Below are positions 49,386 to 63,100 of a stretch of 64,000 nucleotides of DNA, in pieces. Location of the stretch: the NCBI RefSeq assembly GCF_000315625.1, contig NW_005434651.1, positions 416,045 through 480,044 on the forward strand. Reading direction: 5' to 3'. This stretch comes from Guillardia theta CCMP2712. Lineage: Eukaryota; Protista; Cryptophyta. Positions within the stretch are counted from its first letter, which is position 1; each line of letters begins with the position of its first letter. Made by a program: the position numbers and the translations under genes. Under the pieces are notes generated by a model. The model did not search any database. It had not been told where the DNA came from and saw only the letters and a list, made by a program, of their open reading frames with translations.

Positions 49386-49941
49386 TTTCTAGGACGAAAC
49401 TGGGTAGATATAATATGTCAGGGTAGGGGGGTAAGTGGTACGTACTGGAGGAGGAAGCTTATTTTTGTGGGGAGGATTAGGGTAAAAGGTGGGTGGGGGT
49501 AGGGAAAGCAGGGCAAGGTAGACCTGGGGAGAAATCAAAAAGTCACGGACATCATGGGGTGGGTGGGGTGGTACATGGAGATGAGTTTTGAATGGGTGTG
49601 GTGGTGAAATTTATTAGACTGACCGAGGGTGGTCCTGGGGCAAGCAGGGGGTGGGGTAGTCGATAGATTACAGGAGGGGTACTCGAGTTTCTAAAATGCC
49701 TTGAGGTCGCAAAGGTCTTCAGTAACTAACATAGCCATTAATATTGTTATTAGGATAATTTTGTCTATTCGGAGTTCGCGCATACAGACTTGCTCACTAG
49801 CAAGAACTAAGAGGTCATAGGAAATAACGAGTATCTAGTATGGTTCTGCTATCTTAACCTATTTCTTGGTTATTAGTGAACGACCTGTTAGAGCTGTGAT
49901 CATGCAATCCTAGTAGGGGGAATGGAGGCAGGGTCGACGAG

Positions 49942-52900
49942 ATGGAGGGAGAAGGAGAGGAGCCGATAGGGGGGAGGAAGGCAGCGAAGGGTACCAAGAA
50001 TGGAGGACGTGGTTTCCCATCACTCCTGCTTGAAGGACGTGACTTCAATACGAAGCATATATGCCTCTCAACTACGATTATGGGCTGCAAGACAAGTTTT
50101 TGGAAGCTTGCCTTTTTTTGGCAAGGCACATGGGAATGAAATTTACCTATGGAGCATTATGTCCTGTACTGCAGTCGTGAAAAGTATTTGCGTATAGGAA
50201 CCAGCGGGTACTGAGACATTTTTCGGCGCTGTACTGCTCTTTGAGACTTTGCGCAAGTGAAATTTTTGGAAATGCAGAATTCCATGCAAGGATTTTTCGA
50301 TCTGTCTTCATGATTGTGATATACAAACAAAATTTATGTGACGCGTAATCAAGAAAGAAATCGTCATTCGTATTTAGACGAGGTAGAGCAGTGAAGGTTC
50401 ATTTGAGACCGATCAGTTACGGTGTTGCATATGCGGCTTTGAACATGAATTTGAAATAGCTGTGCATGTAGAGATGATGGCGTGTGCAATTAGACACACT
50501 GAAGTAGACCAGGAATTGCCGAATGCTGTCTTTGTTGTTCATGTTCAATTCCAAACTGATTAGATGCTCTTTCAGAAAAATGATGGAGAAGTACACCTCT
50601 GAATTGTTTGAAGCAAGCCCATATAGTAGGACACTATGCCGGATCTAAAGTTACTACCCTTGGCCAGATCTGATATCGTGCCGTTAAATCAATCTTGATG
50701 AGATGCCTCTGATCTAACTCATCCTTCGGTCGATTTGGAGAAGTATCTATTTCCAATTTGATTCAAAGTTTGTATCATATTCTATTGAGGCCTCAACTAT
50801 GCATTTGATTCCTGCATTCCCCACAAATTCCGAGGATACCCTCAATGATATTCTCAAAGGATTTGTCGTCATGTCATTTATCCTTTCAGGTCGCTCTCTT
50901 CTTTTATACGATTGGTTGGATTGCTGAATAGAATTTCAGGAGCCGGTTGTTTATGGCGTCGGAGAAGGAGAAGACAGTCCAACCACTCTGAGCGCCACGA
51001 GAGGAGAGACGACAACAGCTTACGACGAGCAATTGCCATCGCCATCGAGGTAAGCCTTGAGATGCTAAGTGGGCGCTGCCGCCCAGCATTGAATGAATGA
51101 ACATAGCAACGAAACCGAGAGGTGCATGCTGGAAACAGAAATGTTGTTCAGAGTCCCTACAGGGTGCCAAGAGCTGCCCCAGTAATATTTTGTTTCATAT
51201 TAATTCACTCCTCAAATGATGATTTTTTGATAGGTGGATGGAAAATTAGATGATGTTGTGATAGACATGGCAGAAATTTCATTTGATGACATTGAACTCA
51301 TGAAGGTAAAAAAACCTATCTTTTAATCATGCGTTTTACTTTCCTTTTAATGAGCATACTTGTAATCAGGAATCAAAGGAGTCTGCCTTTCATCTGAAAA
51401 ACAAGTGGTTGGAACAACAATTAAGGCTAAAACACAAGTACTTCATCAATGTTCATGCTGGTGACACGTTCTTAGCAATGTTTTGTCAGGCTGGATGCAA
51501 AGTCGGTGAAGTTGGAAGTGGACAGGAACGATCTATTTTATGATTCATTCCGATCGTTTGCCAAGTTTTCTGGTGAACAACTTCAAGGGCCGTTACAGGT
51601 TGAACAGATGCCTGCTCTTCCCAAAGACAGTCTCCTTAAGTGTGGGTATCTAGATTAAGTTCAAGAGAGAAGATGGAAGGGACGACGGAGGGTTAACCAG
51701 GCATTGGTTTATGTTGATAAGTAGAGAGGTATTGTTGTTTTCCTTGGACCATGCACTCTGAATGCACTGGTAGGTGGTCAACCCGGCGTATGCATTGTTC
51801 ACACCTGTGGGGAAAAACAGAACCTTTCAGGTTCTTTTGGACACAATTTGTTTTGTGCTGAGGGTTTCTGACTTCTCCCTAGGTGAACTCTGCTTCAAAG
51901 CATCAATCGCATCATCTCGACTACTTTCGCTTTATTGGGAGGGTGTGGGGGAAAGCCATCTTTGACGGTATTTGCTGGACTGCAAAGCAGAAGAACTTGT
52001 TCACTGCATAGTGCAGGATTTCTTGTGGAGTCAAATTTCGCTTCAACCATTTACAAAGTGATGCGAAGACCCTCACATCGTCGAATTGTTTTCCCTGACT
52101 TGATTCAACAGTACCTTTTGGAGCGTGATATAGGATTTGATGACATGTCCCGTGTTGATCCCGTGTATCATAGCTCATTACAGTGGTTTCTCGGTCAGAA
52201 TTCTCCATCTATTCCGCATGTGAGATTTGCACTTATCTTTCCGCAGACAACGATATCGAAGCTGCAGACCTGGACCTATACTTCGTTATTGAAGAAGAAG
52301 AATTCGGATCGATAGTTCAGGTTCCGCTCAAAGAGGTACCCGGTTGCTTATACATTGCCGTTTGCTTAGAACACACACAGAATGGCGAATCCATCCGGGT
52401 CACAAACGACAACAAGCACGAGTACCTGGAGGTTTCTGTTCCATTTCCCATACCCTCTTGTTTGATTACCAGCCTCTAGCTCCTTTGTGACCGGAGACTA
52501 GTCAAGAGCGTGCAGCCACAACTAGACTCGCTAAAAGCAGGTGCCTTTGAACCTCCTCGAAGGTCATCCACTAATTCAAGGGCCACCACAGGATTCTATG
52601 ACATTATGCCCCAAGATGTGCTTCTCAAGTTTACGGAAGATGAGCTCGAGGTTTTGATGCTTTTGATGCTTGTTTGTATCCCTTGATCTGATTGATGTGT
52701 AGCTGCTTCTGTGTGGAATGCCTACGATCGACATAGCCGACTGGAAGGAGAATTGCGAATACAAGGTAAACGATTGGAGTCGCCATGTCGTGTCTGAAGG
52801 GAAGTTGCAGGCGGGCTACACAGCAGATCATGAAGTGATGCTATGGTTTTGGGAGCTCGTGGAGAGTTGGGATGAGGTGCTTGTCTACTTGTGTTGGTCA

Positions 52901-53366
52901 TGCAAGAGATGACGTGCTGACAGGAGATGAGAGCGAAACTTCTGCAGTTCGTCACGGGGACAAGCAGAGTGCCAACCGGAGGCTTTAGCGGTAAAACACA
53001 CATGGTGCTTGTGCTTTTGGGACTCAAGGGACCTTACAAGGGCTCTATGGAGCCACTGGACCGAAACGATTTCAGATCATCCGTGTGTACGACACGACCC
53101 GCCTGCCTCAGGTGCGATGGATGTGGGTCAAGGGGTATGGAAAGTGAGCCACTGGGCAGGCAAACACATGCTTCAACGAGTTACTCCTTCCCCCGTATGA
53201 TAGCAAAGAAAGGCTGGCGAGCTGCCTGGTAAACGAGTCGTCTCCTCGCAGTCTTCTAAGGATATGCTAGGCTATCTCTCTTTACGACGGAGGGGATGTC
53301 TTCGGGCTGAGGTTCGTTGGCTTTACTGTGACGACCAAAACCTTGGAATGATCATATTGCAGATGA
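49942..53366 (+). CDS. HECT-type E3 ubiquitin ligase (NEDD4/Rsp5-like HECT domain); 5' end uncertain
   Basis: EDGRDDGGLTRHWF, YFRFIGRVWGKAI, IRVTNDNKHEY, WFWELVESWD, LLQFVTGTSRVP and LPQANTCFNELLLPPY (catalytic Cys) motifs. Confidence 0.9.
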
Positions 53367-53648
53367 TTTCCACGTCGGAGCTTGAGTTGATGTGCTATTA
53401 TAACAGGCGTTGTCTCCTGTACCATTAGTTGCTATGTTCACAGCAGTAGAACATTCTTCTGTGAACGCTTTCCTGTCAAGGTGTGACGCTCACTATTATC
53501 GACTTTGCACTCCGGCTGCCTTGACAGACAGTTGTCACCCTCACACAATCCATGACCGTCTCGTTTCAAACTTCATTGATCTTGGTTACGTCTGACAAGC
53601 TTGCTTCTCACATTTACAAAATTCCTATAGAAAACCTCTCCATCTCTC

Positions 53649-54707
53649 CTAATGTGCCTTTGCAACTGCATAGCCGGCAAGAAATCCGATGGCAAGAGCG
53701 AGAATGAGCTGGTAAACTCCTTTTTCTAGAAATGATGACATCAAAACATCAGTACATTCGGTCAGAAAACTGTACCTAGACGGTGCGCACGGGCCTGCAA
53801 GCATGTCAATCTTCAAGTCACAGCGTTGCTCACAATATACCGACTCAATGGCAGAGATGACCGGTGTGTTGTCTTCCTCGTTGTTAGTGTATGCCATCTG
53901 CTCATCAGCGATCAGGCTCGATTACTTGTCTCTACATCTGTAACCCGTATCCTAAACCTTTGCGATGCTCTTCGTTCTCTTCTTGCTCCCGTCATGTCTC
54001 GGCATTCACAGTTTCCTTGCTAATTCGCTCACCATCTTGCTCCTCTCTTTATGCGTTGACTACCTAGGATCCTGCAAGAATGCTTCTAGCCCTGTTGTGA
54101 CTCTTCCGAATACTAGTCTATCTGCCCCTCATTCACTCACATCGTGCACCTCCCCCCGCCCCTTCCCGCCCTCTCCCTCATTTCCATCAGGTTGCTTGAT
54201 CTTCAGGAAGCACCCGTACCCACGACAGATTTGGTGAATATCTCCTTTCTTTCGCCTTCATCCATCACATGTCCTCCTTTATGACTCTGTCCCAGAAGTT
54301 TGAACATTTCACTCAAAAAAATTCTCATCGAACTTTGCTGTTCGTTCAATGCATTCTCGTCATGAGGTCACAAGGGCTGTAGCATATACCTTACTTTCCT
54401 TCTGAAATGGAACTTTCCTTCGACTTTATCTCTCACCAGTCCATGTTTCTTAACTTATAATAATTTCTCTACTCTTCCTCTCCTTTGCATCAGGTTTGTA
54501 TTACTTCTATGCCGCAGCCTCCTTTGCTAGCTACACCCCCCCCCCCGGCCTACTCCTTCTCCTCCTCCTCCTCCTCGCTAGCATGAATCTTGTGCTTCAG
54601 TAGAGTTTTCTATCTCCCTTTGTCCCATCCTCTCTTCCTGATGTCTACCTGCTCCTCTCCTCACCCTTCACCTCCTCTCTACACCCCCTTGAAAATCTTC
54701 CCGCCAT
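53649..54707 (-). CDS. Hypothetical charged protein with a C-terminal transmembrane anchor
   Basis: Last exon ends GVYQLILALAIGFLAGYAVAKAH*; purine-rich upstream exons; ATG at 54707. Confidence 0.45.
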
Positions 54708-55899
54708 TATGCCATAGCGTTACAACCTTGTAACGGACTCTTATACGTTGCAACCGTACCCCAACCTCACCCACCCTACACCTCAATTTTGATGTACCCC
54801 AACCTGTTTAGAAAATTTGGAGTATCATCACCCGTACTTTAACAGATGATATAACCCCTACTTGTTGGTTATGTATGTCCTTTTGCTTCTCTGTGGCGAA
54901 TAAGGTGGGTAGGGGTCAAGTAAGGAAGACGAGGGGGTAGGCGACTAAAGGTGGTAGGAACAGTCAATCAGGGGGTGGGAGGTGGGTAACACTCTGGTGA
55001 TGGAGGTGGGTGAAGGTGCTGGGGGTGTAACTAGTCCAGGGGATACTAGGGGTTAGTGATGGAATAAGGTTTTAATGTGGGTGGGGGTGATTCAGTGCGT
55101 TGGGTCCAAAGAGATTTTTGATACTGTGCACAATTGGATTTGGAGGGTGGGTAGCCATTTAGAAGGGGTGATAGGAGATTCTTGGGGGTACGAGATTGTG
55201 GTGGGTGTGAGAACACGAGGGGGTGGGTGGGGTGAGGGGTGGGTGAGAGCGCGACGGCTGCGGCTGCATTGGAGAGGAAGGAGATGAGAAGGCAGGGGAG
55301 CAGGAAGGAGCCGAAAGATGACAATGCATGTGGAAGTTGCGAAAAGAAAAGAACCTGAACTGATATTTGAGATTCTGCAAACACAAATGTGAGAGATGTA
55401 AATTTTACGTGGTAGAGAATGGCGATAGTGAAGCAAAGGGACGGAAGGGTCTGATACTTGAAGAGTTGTGAAAATGGAGAATAGGCATGGAACCTGTGCA
55501 TATCTAACATGTGAATGTCTCATTTTTTGTAAATTTTTGTGTCATCGTTCCAATCGCTATCGAAGGATATCTTGTCAACAAAACTGTGTGGTCGGTGTTG
55601 AAGCGCTATGAGACAATTGTATGCCTATAATCGGCCCCTGAATGTTGGTGTAGTTTTGCGTTGAAGTTGTTGCATAATTGTACTTTTGTTTCGTCAAGAC
55701 AGGGCTCAGGTAGTTGTTTACTTGCGTGATAAGCGCAGGCTCGTGTTTTTAGATGAATCTGTGCTTGAGCATTGTAGTACAATTGCAAGAAGAAAATGAT
55801 GATGATTTCGTCGTATTGTATTGGTTTTGCCTCTTTCGCCCTAGAACTAACAGATTTTCCCGAGTGATTTGATCATAACAGCTGATTTCATTTGCAGGC

Positions 55900-56130
55900 A
55901 TGTCCAACCTCGTGCGTGGTGCTCAGGCTCATTACGGCAAGTTCTTTGCCAACGTCCATCAGATGGGTACATAACCAACCGGGTCACCACACAAAGTTGA
56001 CGAGGATGCTGCAGGCAAGGGTGATGGCATTGTGAACCTTATGGCTGCTACTATTGCTGTCGTCGGATTGGGTTCTGTTGGATACAGCGTGTGGAGCTTG
56101 ATGGGTCATGGAAAGAAGTTGCCTGGGTAA
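55900..56130 (+). CDS. 60-aa single-pass microprotein resembling cytochrome c oxidase subunit VIIa
   Basis: Exons 55900-55966 and 56015-56130 give MSNLVRGAQAHYGKFFANVHQMGKGDGIVNLMAATIAVVGLGSVGYSVWSLMGHGKKLPG; absent from the ORF track. Confidence 0.55.
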
Positions 56131-56423
56131 CCATTTTTCATGACCATTGATAATTTTTGACCATGCTAACACATGAACAGACGTGGATAAATTTGTTGTT
56201 CTAATGGAAGTCAGATCGATTGTTGGCAGTATAATCTAGAAATATCATCGCACAGTTGTCAATAAATTGTCAACACATCGAGATTCATTTTGTAGTTCAT
56301 TCCTTTAAAATGCTTAAGGGTACATGGGAGCAGCACCCATCGCACGAGGGGCACCCATGGTTGGTGCAGCGAAAGCCTTCTCGTCACCCTACAGCATCGC
56401 ATAAGAACAAGATAATTTGCCAG

Positions 56424-57460
56424 TCAGATCTGCTTGCTCACCTTGGTTGGAACGACAGGGGGCTTGTCCTCCTTGGGGTCGAGGATGGTAACGGTGTCAG
56501 GGAAGGGAGTCTTGGGTCCGTTCTTGCCCTCAGGATCGTGGGGAAGCATAATCTTGAGGCGGATACCCAAAACACCCTGCTTCATCATGACGTGGCGAGT
56601 AGCCTTGTCGATGAACACCTGACGTAACTTCAGCGGGCAACAACCTCCACGGCGAGTGAATAACCTGAGCGGGTCTACCAGTGGTGATGAGAAATCCAGA
56701 CTTGAACTTCATCGACTTGGCACGCTGAACACGAGCCTTTCCAGAAACTATAACCTCAACCCCCAGGGCACCGCTCTCCATGACAAAGCGGATGACACCA
56801 TAGCAGGCCCTGCGGACCTGAAGACCTCCGAGAAGCTTGAATTTCAAAGACTCAGCCTGAGCCATGGCAGAGAGACCACGGTTGTGGACACGTTCCGCGA
56901 ACATCTCCACGGTTCCCTCAGCAAATCCAAAACGCTTCTGGACAGCCGAAGTGAGCTCGCGGATGCGCTGACCCTTCTCGCCAAGAACTTCGCGGGTCCT
57001 GGTGGCACGGATGATGATCTCCGTCCTCATGGGGGTACGGCGGATCTCAACGCCAGAGTAGCCATCCTCAGCGAGCTCGTGCATGAGCATCTCATTGAGC
57101 TCAGCATAGAGCACTCCGTCTTGTACGAACTGCAGGACCCGTCATGTCAGGTAAAATGTCTCACGGAGGTTGAAACAATATGTCAAACACATAGTGATGA
57201 ATCAATATACATGAAGACATCGTCTGAATACAGAGGGAAAGCAAAAAAATGTATCGAACAGTTTTGCTCCTCAATGAAAAGGTGCAGACAGAGCCAACCT
57301 ATCACTGTGCAGATACAACCACTACAAGCAAGCCATCTCTCTTGTTCGCACTGAAAGTTGCACATCATTCAGGTTTTTCGCCCGTGCATGGCTGATCATC
57401 GCATGTATCTTCCCTCCGCCGCCATACCTTGCGCTTCTTCGAGATGGGGTTCTGCGGCAT
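56424..57460 (-). CDS. RPS3: 40S ribosomal protein S3
   Basis: [41 protein letters not shown] and RAKSMKF motifs; first intron 57130-57427. Confidence 0.97.
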
Positions 57461-57854
57461 CGTCTGCGATCTGTGAGACGCCTCTCGTGCCCGAAAAAAA
57501 AAGCCTCATCCGTTGCGTGACGTTACGAACGTTAATTCTTCGTTATGGCAACCGCTTTCGGTTACAGGAAATAGCATACTCTGAGGGGGGCTTGAGGTAT
57601 ACGTGGAGGCCATGGGAGGAGGGAAACATGGGTTTGGGAGGAGGGCTGAGGCCTGGGGGCAAGCGTAGTGACAGCCAAAGGACGGGGGTAACAGGAGGGA
57701 GAATACGTTGAAGGGAGGAAGAGGGATAGGGGGAAAGATATAGTGCGGCAGTTACAAGGTGGGGAGGTTGGAAGGGAGGGGCATGGTGACTGAAAGGGAT
57801 CTTTCAGCTGAGGGTTCGAGTCGGTGAAGGTAAAAGACTTTTTTTCACAGGAAA

Positions 57855-59197
57855 ATGAGCTTTGCCGATCATCATGCAGCATATAAAGTTTCTTTCTGCA
57901 ACGTGCTCATGTCTGCAGTCTTCTTGATACAGGTCTTTCCGGCAAATTGTTTTGTTCCCGTATTGCACTTCTCACCCTCAAAGCAAACTACCCAAACATG
58001 TACTGTAGCCTCATCTAGTTTCGCTCGTGTGAAAGTCAAAAGTGATCGATTGATGAACAAACTGAAAATGAGTCTTCCTAATCAACAGTCTGGAGTAAGC
58101 GCCGGGAGTGATATCGCTGCTAAGTTTGATGCTATCAACTCAAATCGTCGGGACATCTCAATAAACATCGGTACCTTGCTTCTAGGTGTATGAACATTGT
58201 AACTTGAATGTTAGGACTTGTTGACAAGGCAGGAGACAGTCCCTCCAGCAGGATGCCCTGGGAAAAGAAAGTTCTGTTCATCAGACATGGTGTGACGGAG
58301 ATGAACGAGTACCTCCGGTCGGTGCCTTACGGAAGCAAGGACTTTGTGGATCCGGGGATGAGGGACACGAGATTGACGGTGACGGGGCAGGAGCAAGCAG
58401 CAGAACTGGGCAAGGCGATGATAGAGCAAGTGGAGACATGGAAGGAGAACGGAGAAGGTTTGGATCTTATTGTCAGCTCCCCACTCTCCCGTGCGCTGGA
58501 CACGGCTCAACTCATCTTCTCGGGCGAGAACTTGAAGTGCATCCCGCGTCGAGTGAATCCACTCGTGAGGGAGAGGATGTGGCTGTCTTCCGATGTTGGC
58601 ACTCCGACGTCTCAGCTGCGGTCCGCGTATCCTTCCTGGGAGTTTGGGGACATGGAGGACGTCTGGTGGTACACGACTGAGGATGACTGGCAGACGAAGG
58701 AGTGGCGGAGGTTTGAGACATCCTGGTCATTTGCTGTCATTGTGTGACCTTGCAATGCAGTCCTGGTCGATACGTCTGTGCTGGAGAACCAGAATCGGTG
58801 TTCCGGTGAAAGTCCGTCGTCGACCCACGGACTGAGTTGGTGATACGTGCGTTATCCAGGAAACGACTGACGGAGTTCAAGAACTGGCTGAAGGTGAAGC
58901 CCACCGATGATGTTGGAATGGTTCCCTCGGATTGCTTACGAGATACTAACAGACGCGAGAAGAGCAGAGGATCGTCGTGGTTGCTCACTGGGGTGTCATC
59001 TATGCGTTGACAGGTTGCCGTGTTGGTTGTGAACTGAGTCCTCATGCTGACTTTCACACCACCAGGTTTAAGTCTGAGGAATTGCCAGGCTCAGGTTGAC
59101 CATTGTTTGATGAGAAACGATATCGATCTCACTGGATATGTTTCAGGAGATCAAGCTTTCCACCCTCTTAGAGCAAGATATTTTTTCGACGGATTAA
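57855..59197 (+). CDS. Histidine phosphatase / phosphoglycerate mutase-like protein, probably plastid-targeted
   Basis: FIRHG, DTRLT..G..QA, IVSSPLSRALDTA and VVVAHWGVI motifs; leader ...VFPANC-FVP. Confidence 0.85.
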
Positions 59198-59264
59198 ATG
59201 ATTACGTGATGATTGTAAATGATTGCAGCATGAGGGCACACATACTGCGACCGCAGTAAGAGCT

Positions 59265-59950
59265 TTAGGCTCAGTCACGTCACGCCTGAGACTCCAACCT
59301 ACCAATCCGGCCTATGATCACTGATTGAATGCGGAGTCCGACGGGGGCCCGGCCGTTGGATGGTCCCGGAGTCCGGCCATCGGAGCCTGAGGCACGGGAC
59401 TGAGTCAGCGCAGACCGGACCGTACGGTACTGGCCGCCGCTGTCAGTGGGCCACTGAGACAGCTGCTTTGAAAACGCCGGGCTTGAAGCTCGGACCGTGC
59501 CGCCGATGACTCTCATCACTGTGTCAACTTGCGGCACCGTGCCGTCGCTGCCGCACGATCCGGTCCCGGGATGGCACTGCCAGCGGCGAGGGGCCGCCCC
59601 GAGCAAAGCTCCTTTTGCTCGGAGGACGTCACTGACTCGGACTGTTGGAGTCACACTGTGCTGTCACAGTGACGCGGCACCGAGAGACAGGCCCTGAGGT
59701 AAGCTAACACGGCCCGGACTCCGGGAGCACATCAGTGTCTGGCCCGGGCAGCGCCTGAGACTCGGACCGGCGGACCGGCGGTGACGGTACCACGCCGTGA
59801 CGCCGCCGGTGACGCATACCGTACAGTGTGTCACAGTGACCACTCGGAACCCGGACTCCTGAGAACTCGCCGGGACCAACACCGTGAGTGCACTTGAAAT
59901 CCGACATTGTGAAATGTGCGGCAGATGGGGGGATGAGGGGCCCCGAGTCA
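59265..59950. repeat. GC-rich palindrome island H
   Basis: GGCACCGTGCCG at 59533; GTCACAGTGA at 59663 and 59830; CGGAGCCTGAG at 59381; TGAGTCA at 59401. Confidence 0.8.
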
Positions 59951-60123
59951 AGTTGTGTTAAACTCTGTTATGCGTCACCCTGCGTACCAAGAGGCAGACA
60001 TGGCGGTGAAGGGGAGGAGGAGCTGATGATTTCCTGCGAGGGGAGGGGGAGAGGCAAGCTGTAAGGAGCAGGACCTGTGTCCTCCTGTCTGTGCCTGAAC
60101 CCAGGAGCAGTCTGCTAGCTGAG

Positions 60124-63100
60124 ATGTCCTTCAAAGTTGCCGTTGGCGTGCTCTTGGTACTCGTGGGAGCAGTGGAGAGCAGGTTGATAGGGCTGTACCC
60201 TTTCGAAGGCGATACGGTGGATCACAGCGGGTATGGCAATGACCTTGAGAGCGCTTCGATGTCCTTTGCAAGCTTCCCGCCCGATTTCAAGATTCATGGG
60301 AGTTATGCTCGCTTTCTTGATACGGTAGATCAGTATTGTTTCAGCACGAATTTTTCCTTCCCAAGCCCATCTTCCGACTTTGAATTGACGGTTGAGTTCT
60401 GGGCTCAGATGAATGACAGCACTTGTATATTCAGCGTGCTCAGCCGCGAGAATGATTTGATCTTGAACTTTTGTCGCGAGATTGCGACAGAGAGATGTTT
60501 CATGACGTATGACGGGGTGCAGTACGATGTAACGGCCTCCAATGGAATCTGTGCAAAGCGCAATGACACAACGTGGCATCACTTTGCCATCGTCAAATCG
60601 AACTCAATGCTGATCTTCTACTTTGATGGTCAGCTGCAAGACAGTTATGTATTGCCCAGCGTTTCTACGTTACCTGGAGTGCTGTGGATCCGAAATCTGC
60701 AGTCTGACAGCCAGCCTTTTGTTGGCAACCTGTCGGAGTTTCGAGTTTGGAATACTTCCAGGACTGATGCGGAGATCGTCCGTTACATGTTTGATAGGAT
60801 CCCGTTCATCGAATGCTCCAACAGCAGCATCGGCAAGATCGTAGCCGGAGAGGTGGTGTGTAGCTCCTGCCCTCAGGCGACATACAAATCATCAAACGAA
60901 TGTCTATTTTGCTCGCCTGGTCACATTCTTCTGGAGAACGCGTGTTCTCCTTGCGAGCTGGGGAAGTTCAAGGCCTCAGCAGAGCAAGGTGCATGTGAGG
61001 ACTGCGCTGCAGGTCACTACAACGACCAGCCGGGATCTTCTGCTTGTTCGACATGTCCGGCTGGGAAGTACTCGGGCACATTGGGAGGAACCTCGAGTGA
61101 CGTTTGCATGCCATGCTTGCCGAACGCTAGCTCAGCGCCTGGGAGCATCTCGGCGGACAACTGCAGTTGTGTGAATGGGTTCGAAGAGATAACAGGGCGA
61201 TGTGTGGACTTGGGTAAACTTGTCAACGAAATCGCTCTGAGATTTCTGAGATCTTTCTCCTCAAGGTGCCTTCAGATTGAGACGGACGTGTCTAGCTGTC
61301 TTCGAAGACGATACTTCTTGTATCCGAGGTTCGTCTTCCAGTCTCGACCGTGACGATTTCTGACGTTTCTTTCAAGATTGTCTGAGCTTGACTTGCGTGG
61401 ACAATCAAGTCTTTCAAGCCTTCGACCCACAACTTCAGACGTCCCATGGCGTTGTTATGAAACTTCAGTGGAGCAGGGTAAGGAAACGCCTGCTCCTCTT
61501 CCCTCCCTTATGTGCTTCTCAGGTCCCCTCCAACAGTCTGACGGAAAGTTTCACCACGACCGATCTGTTCACGGACCCTCCAGCTATCCAGGTAGACCGG
61601 GAGAATTTAGATCTCCAGCAGCTCACATCCACGGCAGGACAACCACCTCCTGCTCCAGCTGATGGCTAACAGGAATGGCATTGCGAACTTCAGCGTCACC
61701 GTCGGCAATCGATCGGCAGATTTCTTGACGATCCGCGTCCTACCCGTGAACGACCCTCCGACTCTTGTCTTCTCCCCTTCGTGGACGGGGGAGATTCTCC
61801 TGCAGGAGAACGCAGTCAACGTGGTCGAGTGGAAGGTAGCGACCAACCTGTCTGGGGTACGTCTCGGTCCTGGAGGGTCGAGTGTGTGTGTTGAGCTCGG
61901 TCTGGTGCAGGGGGGATGGAAAGAAGACCAGGACATGATGTTCTTCTCATGGAAGCAGGTGGACGGCGAGCCCGACCTGATTAGAGGTCTCGACTTCGAA
62001 ATCTTCCCCGCGCAGACCGCTGACGATGCTGCAGAGATGCGTTTCTTCTGCCATGTCTCCCTCGTCGACGTGGCGTCTTTCTGCTCCCAGGGCGAGGACG
62101 TGAACCTGCTCGTCACCCCCACCCCCTTCAAGTTCGGCCAGGGGACCTTCCGCGTCATCCTCCATGACAGCGGGGGGGTGCAGAATCGGGGGAGGGACGC
62201 CAGTCCTTTCAACCTCACCATCCGTGTCCAGTCGCTTCCTCGGCTTCACCTCGCAGTGGAGTTCCCTTGTGACCTGGACCGCGGGTTCTCCACCTGCCAG
62301 TCCAGCTTGAACTTGATCCAGGGCTCGTCCTGCGACGGCGACTACGAGTGGAGGATGATGCCGTGAGTGACGTGGCGCTGGTGGGGTAGGAGCTGACTTC
62401 TGCTGGCTTGCAGCTCGAGGTCCCCATGGTTCGAAGACAGGTTCCAGAGCTTCTACCTCCCCGTCCTGCGCTCCTGCAACTTTTCCGGGCCCAATGCCTA
62501 CCGCTTCTCCAACTTCACCCTCTTCCCAGGCGAGCACGCTAACTCCTCCGTCATCCCAGTCAACCAGTCGCTCATGCTGGACTTCGTGTCCCCCCCGGCC
62601 CTCCGCGACCGAGAGCTCGCCTTCGAGCTGACGCCAGAGGCTCTCGGCTGCTACGACTTTCAGCTGCTGCACGTCTTCGCTGACAATCGGCGCGTCGCTC
62701 ACAACCTCAGCATCTGCGTTCAGCCCCCGCTGTTCAACGCCACATCATCTATCAGCCTGCTTGGAGGGAGCGGGATGAATCTGGTCCCGACTGCTGTCTC
62801 CGAGTTCAGCGACTGGCCCTGCCTGTTCCTCCCGATGCTCGTCGGCCTTGAGATCGTCAGCGCCAGGGACTCCCAGGGTGTCTTGCAATGTGACCCGAAG
62901 TTCCGTGACTGCAAGTGCGTTGCACGAGATTGGAGTCAGGTACTGCTCTTCGTCCTCTTGTCCTCGTCCTCGTCCTTGTCCTCGTCCTTGTCCTTGTCCT
63001 CGTCCTCGTCCTCTTCCTCTTCCTCGTTCTCCTGTTCAACAACGCCACCGTCATTCTTGTCGCTCACATCATAATGCAGATGCAGTCCGAATATCAGCTC

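Noticed and set aside
56656-57354. 232-aa plus-strand ORF
   Set aside because: It is the antisense shadow of the codon-biased RPS3 gene.
57130-57427. Box C/D snoRNA in the RPS3 first intron
   Set aside because: Only imperfect C-like and CTGA words were seen, with no terminal stem or identifiable rRNA guide; it needs a snoscan/Infernal search.
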